Shown: positions 1 through 7,909 of the stretch, in pieces | Numbering within the stretch: position 1 is the first letter of the stretch | How the letters are laid out: every line of letters begins with the position of its first letter | From: an uncultured bacterium | Lineage (GTDB): Bacteria; Margulisbacteria; WOR-1; CAVSGV01 | DNA length: 32,000 nt | NCBI GenBank assembly: GCA_963699255.1 | Contig: OY969425.1 | Span: forward strand, 720,001 to 752,000 | Reading direction: 5' to 3' | Made by a program: the position numbers and the translations under genes | Notes under the pieces: generated by a model | What the model was told of the DNA's origin: nothing | The model's database searches: none | What the model saw: the letters and a program-made list of their open reading frames with translations, nothing else

Positions 1-102
1 GAACGATAGCAGTGCCGGTGAGTTTATGCTTGGCCAGCCTGATCCTTCTACTGTGATCCTATGGTAAGCACCTTGGTTCCACGCCCACGACCCAAAAAAT
101 AA

Positions 103-708
103 TTATTTATCCTCGACAAGGCGGACCGCGATAAAATAATGTCGGACCTCGGGGTTGTCGCCGTACCGGAGCAAATTCCTTATTGAACTAATAACGAACA
201 TATTCTCTTTTTCGTGTTCAGTTTCGGTCCATTCCCACTTTTTCCCCGACAATTGATCTTTTACCATACGTTTAGCCGTCAGCAATTCTTCTTCGGTCGG
301 GATCCTGAATTTTCTGCCGGTTTTCTCGCTGAGCCATTTTGCAAACGCCCTGCCATCAACCAGACTTAAGTGGGCAATTTTATCGGTCTCCCACCATTTT
401 CCAATGGCAGAAACAAGTTCATCAGCATTGAACCCTTTGATCTCATATCCCGTGTTTTTCACGAATTTCCTGAAAAGTCCGACAGTTATTTCATCTCTCA
501 TGATCCTATATGGTCTCCCCGGAACATCTATCATTTCGGGTGCAAGCGATAAGGGCCTTGAATATGCCATGCCCTTGAACACCGATCGCGTCCCAAGAAC
601 AACTTTTCTCGTCAGGATCGAAATTTTATTGATGTCCGCTTTATATCCGACCATATCTTTCCCCTTAGATGCTCCGATATTAATATCGTTGTATATCATT
701 ATCGGCAA
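103..708 (-). CDS. Small cysteine-free FGE-sulfatase-fold (SUMF1/EgtB/PvdO-like) domain protein
   Basis: 201-aa ORF. Motifs RIMRDEITVGLFRKFVKNTGY, DGRAFAKWLSEKTGRKFRIPTEEE, WEWTE and the C-terminal FIAVRLVED resemble the FGE-sulfatase domain (PF03781 expected). The translation contains no Cys. The ORF-track start at 708 is a TTG; the first ATG is at 699, so the start is uncertain. Confidence 0.6.
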   Translation of the reverse strand: MPIMIYNDINIGASKGKDMVGYKADINKISILTRKVVLGTRSVFKGMAYSRPLSLAPEMIDVPGRPYRIMRDEITVGLFRKFVKNTGYEIKGFNADELVSAIGKWWETDKIAHLSLVDGRAFAKWLSEKTGRKFRIPTEEELLTAKRMVKDQLSGKKWEWTETEHEKENMFVISSIRNLLRYGDNPEVRHYFIAVRLVEDK

Positions 709-769
709 AATGACCTGAATATTTCAGTGGTTTGCAAGAATATTTATGCGGTCGGTTATTTTTGGTTTT

Positions 770-2269
770 CTATTCTTCCTCTTTGAACACATCTGCGGTA
801 AAAATGTAGAGGCGGGTGTTGGGATCTTTCAGCGCTGAAACAGGAAGGCCCGCCTTGTAGCAAACATTCTCCAGGAATTGTTCTCTTGTCCACTTGTTCT
901 CCGTAGCTACCTGGGGAAGGAAAACACCGCTCTGCCCGCCGTTCTCGATCAAGACCCCGTTCTTCCCGACAACAACTTCATTTGTGCTGGTTATCGCCTG
1001 CATCGGGGAAAGTATGGATATCTCTATCTTAATGTTCGGCAGCTCTTCGGTAGTGACCGCAGTGAATCTGGTATCCTCCGTTGCCGCCGCGATTGCCATG
1101 TCGGAAACCGCCGAATAAAGTTGTTTGACGGGTTTAAGGTAGCCGATGCATCCCCTCAGCTGGCCGTTATTTGTAAGAGTGACAAAAACGCCGTACTTCT
1201 GCTGAAGTTCCTTTTCATATATCATGAAGTCCGGAATTTGCTTTGTGCTCAGGTAGCTCTCCAGCGTCTTCCTCGCGATCTCAAGAAGCCTGGTTTTCTC
1301 GGATTCATCCAGGACAAGCGGCCGCCTGTAAATGGCGGCGGACAGGTATCCGACGACCGACGACTTGTCCCCCGTCACATCCCCCGTGTCCGCATATTTC
1401 AATATCTCATAACTGTTGGCATAAAGCCGGTCGGCTGCCATCATCGCCGTAATAACAGGCCCGTAGCCGCACATTTCGCATTCGCCCGTAGCAAGCTTTT
1501 GCACCAGAGCGTTCAGGTCGCCTTTTGATATTGCGTCGATCGCGGCCGCGTCCATCGTGCTTGACACTTCATAGGTGTGATAATGAGAAAGATCGGTACT
1601 GGCGACAAGAAGGACCTTTTTTTTGCCGATCGACTTCAATATCGCCTGCGCGAGTATATTGCTGTTCTCGATCGACTGGTAACCGAACACTATCGGGACG
1701 ATCTTGAAGTTCTTAAGCGTTTTCTGAAGGAAAGGGATCTGGACCTCCACCGAGTGCTCTTTGTCCCATGCTTCCTTAACGTATTTTATTTTAGGATCAC
1801 AGGACATCAGGCTTGCAGCCATTTCCTTGTCGATCTTCACTCTTCCGAGTGGCGTTTCATATTCGCCCTCAGGAATGACGGACAATCCGTCAAACATAGT
1901 GTAATGGCTGGGCCCCATTATTATGACCGTATCAAAGCTCTTGTTCGTCAGCTGCTTGTAAGCATAAGCCGCGACCTTGCCTGAATACTGATAGCCCGCG
2001 TGAGGAACAATTATGGCGATGAGCTCCCCTTCCCCGCCAATGACATTGTAATCCTTCAAATAGCCGTCAATGTCCTTTGAAAGCTCATTCTTGTCGCCGG
2101 GATAGAACTGGCCGGCCACGTTCGCATGCTTAACGATTTCAGCGCTTGAAGCTGTCATTGAGAATAAGAATATCATAAATATTATCGAGATGTGAGATGC
2201 GAGATGCGAGATGCGAAAAACACATCTCGTTTCTTGTCGCTCATCTCTCATCTCCCTCTTCACTTCCAT
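770..2269 (-). CDS. amrB: Memo-like (AmmeMemoRadiSam protein B) fused to AMMECR1 (protein A)
   Basis: N-terminal half carries AGQFYPG and IIVPHAGYQYSG (Memo family). C-terminal half, from about aa 320, carries YGVFVTLTNNGQLRGCIGYL (AMMECR1). It lies directly downstream of the radical SAM partner. Start is uncertain: the longest ORF starts at 2269 (10-nt overlap with the upstream gene), but codons 2159-2269 coincide with a hairpin repeat. ATG 2158 (MTASSAEIVKHANVAGQFYPG) is an alternative start. Confidence 0.85.
   Translation of the reverse strand: MEVKREMRDERQETRCVFRISHLASHISIIFMIFLFSMTASSAEIVKHANVAGQFYPGDKNELSKDIDGYLKDYNVIGGEGELIAIIVPHAGYQYSGKVAAYAYKQLTNKSFDTVIIMGPSHYTMFDGLSVIPEGEYETPLGRVKIDKEMAASLMSCDPKIKYVKEAWDKEHSVEVQIPFLQKTLKNFKIVPIVFGYQSIENSNILAQAILKSIGKKKVLLVASTDLSHYHTYEVSSTMDAAAIDAISKGDLNALVQKLATGECEMCGYGPVITAMMAADRLYANSYEILKYADTGDVTGDKSSVVGYLSAAIYRRPLVLDESEKTRLLEIARKTLESYLSTKQIPDFMIYEKELQQKYGVFVTLTNNGQLRGCIGYLKPVKQLYSAVSDMAIAAATEDTRFTAVTTEELPNIKIEISILSPMQAITSTNEVVVGKNGVLIENGGQSGVFLPQVATENKWTREQFLENVCYKAGLPVSALKDPNTRLYIFTADVFKEEE
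2186..2254. repeat. GAGATGN-heptad inverted-repeat hairpin element, copy A
   Basis: cgaGATGtGAGATGcGAGATGcGAGATGcg-aaaaa-cacATCTCgtttcttgtcgctCATCTCtCATCTC. The arms are complementary in heptad register. The element lies between the amrS stop and the conserved part of the Memo gene. Confidence 0.7.
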
Positions 2270-3393
2270 ACCCCCGCTATCTTATAGCCGCAATACTTGC
2301 ACTTTCCGTTGATTAAATCAACCTCGAGAGTATCGAAACCCTGTCTCTTTATGATGAGCTTCCCGCATCTGGGGCAATAGGTGGATTCTCCAGCGTTCCC
2401 GTAGACATTGCCGATATATACATATTTAAGACCGGCGGCCTTTGCGATCTTTGACGCGTCTTCAAGCGTTTTCAACGGTGTGGGCGGCAGGCCGGTCAGC
2501 TTGTACTGCGGGGTAAATGCTGAAAAATAAAGCGGCGTATCCGCTCCCACGTTCTCCTTTATCCATGTGCACATCGCCTTTATCATTTTGGGATCGTCAT
2601 TTTTTCCGGGTATGACCAGGTTGGTTATCTCAAGCCATACCCCCGACTTCCTGACATTTTTTATCGTCTCTAGTACCGGATCAAGGTGACCGGAGCACAT
2701 CGTCGCGTAATATTCCTCGGAAAACCCTTTCAGGTCGACGTTAACAGCATCCATGTATTTAAGAAGCTCTTTCAAGGGTTTGGGATTGATATACCCGCAG
2801 GTGTGCATGACGTTCCTTATTCCGTATGCTCTGGCGAGTTTCGCGGTATCAAGCATGTATTCGTAGAAAACGGTCGGCTCGGTATATGTATAAGCTATGG
2901 AAGCGCAGCTATTCTTTTTCGCTTGATTTACGACCTCAAGAGGCGGCAGGATAACGGATTGCGCGTCCTCCGGCCTGCTCTGGGATATCTGCCAGTTCTG
3001 GCAGAAAATGCAGCCGAGGTTGCATCCCGCCGTAGCTATCGAAAAGGCAGAAGTCCCCGGAAGGAAATGGGTGAAAGGCTTCTTTTCTATAGGGTCGATA
3101 TGGACAGCGACCGGCCTCGCGTAAACCAGAGTGTAAAGCTTGCCGTCAACGTTTATCCTGTCGCCGCACCTGCCCTTTTTACCGTTAGTAAGAACGCAAT
3201 AATTGGGACAGAGAAGGCATTGGACGGTCTTGCCTTCAAGCACGGTCCAATTCTTTGCTTCAAGAAGTTCGAGGTTGGCCTTCCTTATCTCTTGTAATTT
3301 GTCGCTCAGTGAGCCGATATCGAGGAGCTGGATCGAATAAGCAAGGCCTCCCAGAAATACCGCGAACATTATCAGTGCCGCTAACTTTTTCAT
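2260..3393 (-). CDS. amrS: AmmeMemoRadiSam system radical SAM enzyme
   Basis: Contains the CX3CX2C motif (GCNLGCIFCQNWQIS), an N-terminal Cys-rich block (CLLCPNYC...RCG) and a C-terminal CPRCG...CKYCG ribbon, giving overall PFL-activase-like similarity. It is adjacent to the Memo/AMMECR1 gene. The ORF-track start 3402 is a TTG that abuts a -10 box, so I prefer ATG 3393 (MKKLAALIMFAVFLGG...). The N-terminus is hydrophobic. Confidence 0.85.
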   Translation of the reverse strand: MKKLAALIMFAVFLGGLAYSIQLLDIGSLSDKLQEIRKANLELLEAKNWTVLEGKTVQCLLCPNYCVLTNGKKGRCGDRINVDGKLYTLVYARPVAVHIDPIEKKPFTHFLPGTSAFSIATAGCNLGCIFCQNWQISQSRPEDAQSVILPPLEVVNQAKKNSCASIAYTYTEPTVFYEYMLDTAKLARAYGIRNVMHTCGYINPKPLKELLKYMDAVNVDLKGFSEEYYATMCSGHLDPVLETIKNVRKSGVWLEITNLVIPGKNDDPKMIKAMCTWIKENVGADTPLYFSAFTPQYKLTGLPPTPLKTLEDASKIAKAAGLKYVYIGNVYGNAGESTYCPRCGKLIIKRQGFDTLEVDLINGKCKYCGYKIAGVWK

Positions 3394-3402
3394 AGGATGC
3401 AA

Positions 3403-3411
3403 ATCATATCA
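3403..3411 (-). promoter_or_regulatory. Extended -10 box TGaTATGAT, 9 nt upstream of amrS ATG 3393
   Basis: The minus strand reads agTGaTATGATttgcatcctATG, with no SD in between. Confidence 0.4.
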
Positions 3412-3587
3412 CTCCGGCCCGCGCATCTCAAGGCGGCGCATCGCGTCGCGGATGCCCTGTAATAATGCCCTTATGCGCATCAAATAATATCGGTTGAGAC
3501 TTGAAATTCCGCAAAGAAATACACGATAAATAATTGGCGAAATGAATTTCTGACGCAAGGATCGATCGCCGGAAGATCAGGGATATT

Positions 3588-4193
3588 ATGGAAATGGCCA
3601 AGTTAACGAAATATCGAATAAGTTTCTCCGGAATGATAAAAAAATCCGGAGTGTTAAGGATAATAGGCCCTGAGTTGAGAATAAGATGCACTATGTGGCA
3701 ACCCGCATTGATCACTCGCGCCATCAGATCGGATTTCATGAAACTTGATTCTTCCAAACAGGCGGAGTTCATCGGTCTTTATGCCAAAAAAAGGTTGAAA
3801 TCGATCGACAGAATAATATCAAAGCTTCTCCCGAACGAAGGACTTAAGGCAGCGGATCTCTGGTTGAAGATCGTTGAATCCCGCGGGGGCAGCGATCTTA
3901 GTGTCGTCCAAAAGATCAATAACCTCTACCCCGCATTAGAAAGTAAAAGCGAAAAGATCGCGCGTCTGTTCGCGAAAACCTATGTTTTTTGGGTCCACAA
4001 TTACTATTCCTGTGATCTGGACGGAAATATCACAAAAATGACATGTCAATTTTCAGATGCCCTGTTCATAAAGCATCACAAAAAGGAAATGATCAATGAA
4101 AGAAGCGAAATGCCTTATCTTGCGGAGCAAATAGAAGCATATGCAAATTTCCTCTATAGAAAAATATGCAAATTCCCTTTCATATACGGATGA
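3588..4193 (+). CDS. Hypothetical protein, tandem paralog 1 (unknown family)
   Basis: 201-aa ORF, collinear with the ORF at 4423-5019. Shared blocks: R-I-x-x-TMW(Q/R)PALIT-x-AIRS, SKQAE-x-IG, ISKLLP, FWV-x-NYYSC, MPYL-x-E, YA-x-FL. I recognise no known domain and see no TM segment. Confidence 0.65.
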   Translation: MEMAKLTKYRISFSGMIKKSGVLRIIGPELRIRCTMWQPALITRAIRSDFMKLDSSKQAEFIGLYAKKRLKSIDRIISKLLPNEGLKAADLWLKIVESRGGSDLSVVQKINNLYPALESKSEKIARLFAKTYVFWVHNYYSCDLDGNITKMTCQFSDALFIKHHKKEMINERSEMPYLAEQIEAYANFLYRKICKFPFIYG

Positions 4194-4422
4194 TCAACCC
4201 TTGATCTGAAAAAGCGCGCGAAGAACCGGCGCCATTGAACCTATCCACATCAGCACTGCCAACTCCAACATAGAAAGTAACTCATCTCACTGCGCTGTGT
4301 CCCTCTCAAGATCGTTCGTTGTTTCACAGGCGGCTCGTGATGACGTCAAAATAGTGAAATTTAGCAGGGAAAGTTACGATAAAACAACAGGTTGAACAAA
4401 TTGTCTGGAAGGAAAATATTAC

Positions 4423-5019
4423 ATGAATATAACCAAGGTAACGAAAGATCCAACGATTATTGCCAGAATAATAAGAAATTCTCGGGTTTTAAAGATACTA
4501 GGTTCTGCCGGGAGAATAAAAAGTACAATGTGGCGGCCTGCATTGATCACTCCCGCGATCAGGTCGGAATTTTTAAGCTTTCCTTTTTCTAAACAGGCGG
4601 AGTTGATAGGCTTTTTTGCCCAAAAACAGCTGAGATCAGTAAACAAGGAAATATCAAAGCTTCTCCCGAAAGGAATTCTGGAAGCCAAAGATCTCTGGAA
4701 GCAGATAGTTGAGTACGGCAAAGACAAAGGTCTTAGCTACTCGCAAACCATCGCTCTTCTTCACCCGCAATTGAAAAGTAAATGTCTGCAGATTGCGGGG
4801 GACTTTGCGGAAGCTTTTGCTTTTTGGGTAGAGAATTATTACTCCTGTAACTCGGCCGGGGATTTCACCCCCTACACTTACCTAGCCTCAAAAGCCCTGA
4901 TATTAAATCCGCATCAAATAGAGATAATCGATAAAATGAGCGGCATGCCTTATCTGGGAGAAAAAATGAAATGGTACGCGGATTTCCTTACCCACACGAC
5001 AGAGATATTTGAGCTTTGA
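4423..5019 (+). CDS. Hypothetical protein, tandem paralog 2 (unknown family)
   Basis: 198-aa ORF, paralogous over its full length to 3588-4193. The roughly 80 nt upstream are also related (gaaatt..cgataaa(t/a)aa..). Confidence 0.65.
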   Translation: MNITKVTKDPTIIARIIRNSRVLKILGSAGRIKSTMWRPALITPAIRSEFLSFPFSKQAELIGFFAQKQLRSVNKEISKLLPKGILEAKDLWKQIVEYGKDKGLSYSQTIALLHPQLKSKCLQIAGDFAEAFAFWVENYYSCNSAGDFTPYTYLASKALILNPHQIEIIDKMSGMPYLGEKMKWYADFLTHTTEIFEL

Positions 5020-5161
5020 AACCTGTGTTTCTCCTGCAAAACCCGGATAAATAATGCAATTCAGCGTGTCTAGGAGTATGACGACAAAAAAATCGCCGGG
5101 AGAAGCGGATCATCCGGATAACAGATGCGTAAACCAAGATCGTTGAAGCGATCCCCTCTTA

Positions 5162-6400
5162 ATGTTATTATACTGCGTCATGGCAAAAAGGATCGATCTT
5201 CTTAGGTTATACGCTCTCATTATCTTACTGCTGAGCATAATATATTTTTATCTCAACCTTTTCTCCCCGAAAACGCTCCCTTACTTTGTCCGTTTCTGGC
5301 CGATGCCGAAGAACATGAATGTCCTGGTAATGGGACTGGATACTGCCTATGACAAGACAAAGCATGTCGCTTTGACCGATGTGGGACACACGGACACGAT
5401 GATACTGGTAAATATAAACACCAACAGCTTTAAAGTGAACATGCTGTCCATCCCGCGCGACACGCTGGTGGAGATCCCCGGCTACGGATGGCAGAAGATC
5501 AATTCCGCTTATTTTCTCGGGGGCCCTGCCCTCGCCAAGGAGACGGTCGAGAAATTTCTCGGCGTTCCCGTTAATTATTACGTGACCTTGAACCCGAAAG
5601 GGCTTATCAATCTCATTGATATGATGGGCGGGGTCAGGATATATGTGGACAAAGACATGTATTACGTTGATAACTGGGGTGGCCTCAAGATAAACCTGAA
5701 AAAAGGGTGGCAGACGCTCAACGGCGAGCTTGCGAACGGTTTTATCAGGTTCCGCCAGGAACCCATGGGAGATGTTTCCAGGGTTCAGAGGCAGCAGGGT
5801 TTCCTTCAAACCGTTCTAAGGCAGCTGGCGACTCCCGGGATGCTTGCCAAAGCCCCGTGGGTCCTTGCGATAGCGGCGGAGAACATAAAAACAGACCTTT
5901 CGCTTAAAGATATGCTCTGCTCTCTGAACTTTGCAAGGGGACTGAGAAAAGATGATATAAACATGACAATGGTCCCCGGAAGCTTTGCCGTGGGAGAGCT
6001 GGGCGCAAGCATTTGGGCTCCCGATCAGGAAGCGCTCCGGGACATCGTGAACAAGTATTTTTCAAAAAAACTGCTCGCGAAACTAGAGCCCAGGCACATG
6101 CCGTCGTCCGCGATAACGATAATAAACAATACCGATGATTTTGAGGTGGTGCGCCAGATGATGAAGGTGCTTTACAGGAAAGAATATGCCATAGTGAACG
6201 TTTCCTCCCAGAAAAAACCGGGCATATCAAAGACCCAGATAATAGCGCAAAAGGGGGACAGGTCCGGAGCGGAAAAACTCGGCGGACTTCTCGGAATAAA
6301 GGAAGTGTTCGTATCCGGAACGGGAGACACCCAATCCGACTTTACCATAGTGGTATGCAATGACTGGAAGGAATATCTGGAGAACAGCATCTCCAGATAA
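5162..6400 (+). CDS. LytR-CpsA-Psr (LCP) family protein with C-terminal LytR_C-like domain
   Basis: N-terminal TM helix, then VLVMGLDT...TDTMILVNIN...LSIPRDTLVEIPGYGWQKINSAYFLGG...VNYYVTLNPKGLINLIDMMGGV, typical of LCP. The true start may be ATG 5180 (MAKRIDLL...). Confidence 0.85.
   Translation: MLLYCVMAKRIDLLRLYALIILLLSIIYFYLNLFSPKTLPYFVRFWPMPKNMNVLVMGLDTAYDKTKHVALTDVGHTDTMILVNINTNSFKVNMLSIPRDTLVEIPGYGWQKINSAYFLGGPALAKETVEKFLGVPVNYYVTLNPKGLINLIDMMGGVRIYVDKDMYYVDNWGGLKINLKKGWQTLNGELANGFIRFRQEPMGDVSRVQRQQGFLQTVLRQLATPGMLAKAPWVLAIAAENIKTDLSLKDMLCSLNFARGLRKDDINMTMVPGSFAVGELGASIWAPDQEALRDIVNKYFSKKLLAKLEPRHMPSSAITIINNTDDFEVVRQMMKVLYRKEYAIVNVSSQKKPGISKTQIIAQKGDRSGAEKLGGLLGIKEVFVSGTGDTQSDFTIVVCNDWKEYLENSISR
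5163..5171 (+). promoter_or_regulatory. Extended -10-like box TGtTATTAT, 8 nt upstream of ATG 5180 (LCP gene)
   Basis: aaTGtTATTATactgcgtcATGgca, with no SD. Confidence 0.35.
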
Positions 6401-6414
6401 ATCGCGGCCCCTTT

Positions 6415-6708
6415 TTGTGTTATAATCTTTACGTGGCTGTAAAACGGAAAAAATATCTTTTCCCCGCAGCGGCATCGGCGGCTGTCGCGGGACTCGGGCA
6501 GGTCATTAAAGGACAGGCCGGTAAAGGACTTAAAATAATGCTTTGGTTCTATCTGGGTTTTCCGATCATTTTTTTCGGCTCGCTCCTGCTGAACGCGTAC
6601 CTTTTTCTGGCGGTTTTTGCCGCTTTTGTAGTGCTTTATCCCGTTATATGGGTTTTCAATATCCTTGACGCGTACATGATGCAGCCGCGCACAAGGAGGC
6701 GCGTATGA
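6415..6708 (+). CDS. Small integral membrane protein (AGLGQ-x-KGQ-x-GKG motif, two TM helices)
   Basis: ORF with two strongly hydrophobic segments. Its stop overlaps the next start (ATGA at 6705-6708). The likely start is GTG 6433, 6 nt after a TGtTATAAT box, rather than TTG 6415. Confidence 0.55.
   Translation: MCYNLYVAVKRKKYLFPAAASAAVAGLGQVIKGQAGKGLKIMLWFYLGFPIIFFGSLLLNAYLFLAVFAAFVVLYPVIWVFNILDAYMMQPRTRRRV
6418..6426 (+). promoter_or_regulatory. Extended -10 box TGtTATAAT, 6 nt upstream of GTG 6433
   Basis: ttTGtTATAATctttacGTGgct. The hexamer is consensus and carries the TGn extension. Confidence 0.45.
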
Positions 6709-7841
6709 ACAGGTCGATACATGTAATAACGTTACTCGGGATCCCCATAGAGATAAACTATTCCTGGTTCATCGTCTTCTTCCTTGTCACATGGACGCTG
6801 GCGGCGTCGGTCTTTCCGAATTCAGACAACATGCAGGGGCTTCCGATGATCACTTACTGGATCGCCGCGATAGTCGCTTCTTTTTTCTTCTTTTTCTCTC
6901 TGCTTTTACATGAACTGTCACATTCCCTGATCGCAATAAAAAACGATCTGCCGATAAAAGGGATCACTCTTTTTGTTTTCGGCGGTGTCGCCCACATATC
7001 AAAGGAGCCTCAAACTCCGGGAATTGAATTCAAGATGGCTATCGCCGGCCCTTTATGCAGCCTGTTTTTGTCCGTTATTTTTTCCCTCCTTGCCCTGTTA
7101 TTCCATAATATCGGGCTGCCCGCTGCGATCGTAGTGATAACTCAATACCTTTCGGCCATAAATCTGATGGTCTGCGTGTTCAATCTTGTCCCCGGATTCC
7201 CGCTCGACGGAGGAAGGATCTTAAGATCCGCCCTATGGGGCATTACCGGCGACCTTAAAAGAGCCACACTGATCGCCTCTTCTTTTGGCAAGCTATTCGC
7301 TTATTTTCTGATGGGCTTTGGAATAATATTGTTCGCAACATATAAAGAGATCATTTCGGGGATATGGCTGATATTAATAGGTTTCTTCCTGCAGGAAGCC
7401 GCTTCCGCAAGCTATCAGCAGGTTTCATTCAAAAAGGTCCTGAACGGGGTGAAAGTGCGGGACATAATGTCAACGAACGTTGTGACCGTCAGCAAGCACC
7501 TGACCCTTATATCCCTTGTTGACGATTACTTTTTCAGATACAGGTTCACCTCATTCCCCGTTATATCGGATGAAGGGGATATCGAGGGGCTGATCACCAT
7601 ACACGCGGTAAAAGATGTTCCGAGAGAATCCTGGGTAAGCACAACGGTAATGGAAGCGATGATCCCAATTAAAAGCGATCTTGTCGTGAGCCCTTATACG
7701 GATGTTTTTGACGCTCTGACATGGATGGCGGGAAACGGGGTTGGCAGGCTTCTTGTCACGCGGGATGGAAAGCTGCTTGGGATCGTCTCTCAAAGGGATG
7801 TGATCAGGCTTTTTGAAGTAAAGGAAGACCTGGGAGAATAG
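6705..7841 (+). CDS. M50 family (site-2 protease-like) zinc metalloprotease with C-terminal CBS pair
   Basis: Contains HELSHSLIA (HExxH) and NLVPGFPLDGGRIL (NxxPxxxLDG), multiple TM helices and two CBS-like repeats at the C-terminus. A strong SD (AAGGAGG, 6693-6699) lies 5 nt upstream of the ATG. Confidence 0.85.
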   Translation: MNRSIHVITLLGIPIEINYSWFIVFFLVTWTLAASVFPNSDNMQGLPMITYWIAAIVASFFFFFSLLLHELSHSLIAIKNDLPIKGITLFVFGGVAHISKEPQTPGIEFKMAIAGPLCSLFLSVIFSLLALLFHNIGLPAAIVVITQYLSAINLMVCVFNLVPGFPLDGGRILRSALWGITGDLKRATLIASSFGKLFAYFLMGFGIILFATYKEIISGIWLILIGFFLQEAASASYQQVSFKKVLNGVKVRDIMSTNVVTVSKHLTLISLVDDYFFRYRFTSFPVISDEGDIEGLITIHAVKDVPRESWVSTTVMEAMIPIKSDLVVSPYTDVFDALTWMAGNGVGRLLVTRDGKLLGIVSQRDVIRLFEVKEDLGE

Positions 7842-7876
7842 ATCAGAATATCAGAGGATCAGCGTACCAGAATATC
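7842..7876. repeat. Four tandem degenerate 8-mers (ATCAGNNN)
   Basis: ATCAGAAT ATCAGAGG ATCAGCGT ACCAGAAT ATC. It starts immediately after the M50 stop codon and is followed by a GC hairpin. Confidence 0.5.
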
Positions 7877-7890
7877 CCGCCGCAGGCGGG
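7876..7890 (+). terminator. GC-rich stem-loop cccgcc-gca-ggcggg after the M50 gene
   Basis: Perfect 6-bp stem with a 3-nt loop. No U-tract follows, so terminator function is uncertain. Confidence 0.3.
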
Positions 7891-7909
7891 CAGGCAGGAA
7901 GTGCGTTAA

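Noticed and set aside
2-67. Open plus-strand frame ending ...GEFMLGQPDPSTVILW-stop, a possible 3' end of a gene upstream of the window
   Set aside because: Only 21 codons are visible, with no recognisable motif, so the sequence alone cannot support it.
2159-2269. Reading the first 37 codons of the Memo-AMMECR1 ORF as a genuine Sec signal peptide
   Set aside because: I did not adopt this reading. The region coincides with a hairpin repeat that occurs elsewhere in clearly non-coding DNA. Typical Memo proteins start about 10-15 residues before AGQFYP, as the ATG 2158 start would give. I keep it as an open alternative in the findings.
878-3297. Plus-strand ORFs 878-1528, 894-1118, 1243-1452, 1525-1707, 1577-1984 and 2686-3297
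   Set aside because: They are antisense to the well-supported Memo-AMMECR1 and radical SAM genes, and their products have no recognisable features.
3428-4727. Minus-strand ORFs 3428-3772 and 4419-4727, which resemble each other (…NSACLE…DL(M/I)A(R/G)VINAG(C/R)HIV…)
   Set aside because: Their similarity follows simply from being antisense to the two paralogous plus-strand genes. They span the promoter regions and would collide with the better-supported sense ORFs.
5078-5146. 22-aa ORF MTTKKSPGEADHPDNRCVNQDR preceded by AGGAG
   Set aside because: The SD-like motif is only 1 nt from the ATG. The peptide is hydrophilic and featureless, and nothing else supports it.
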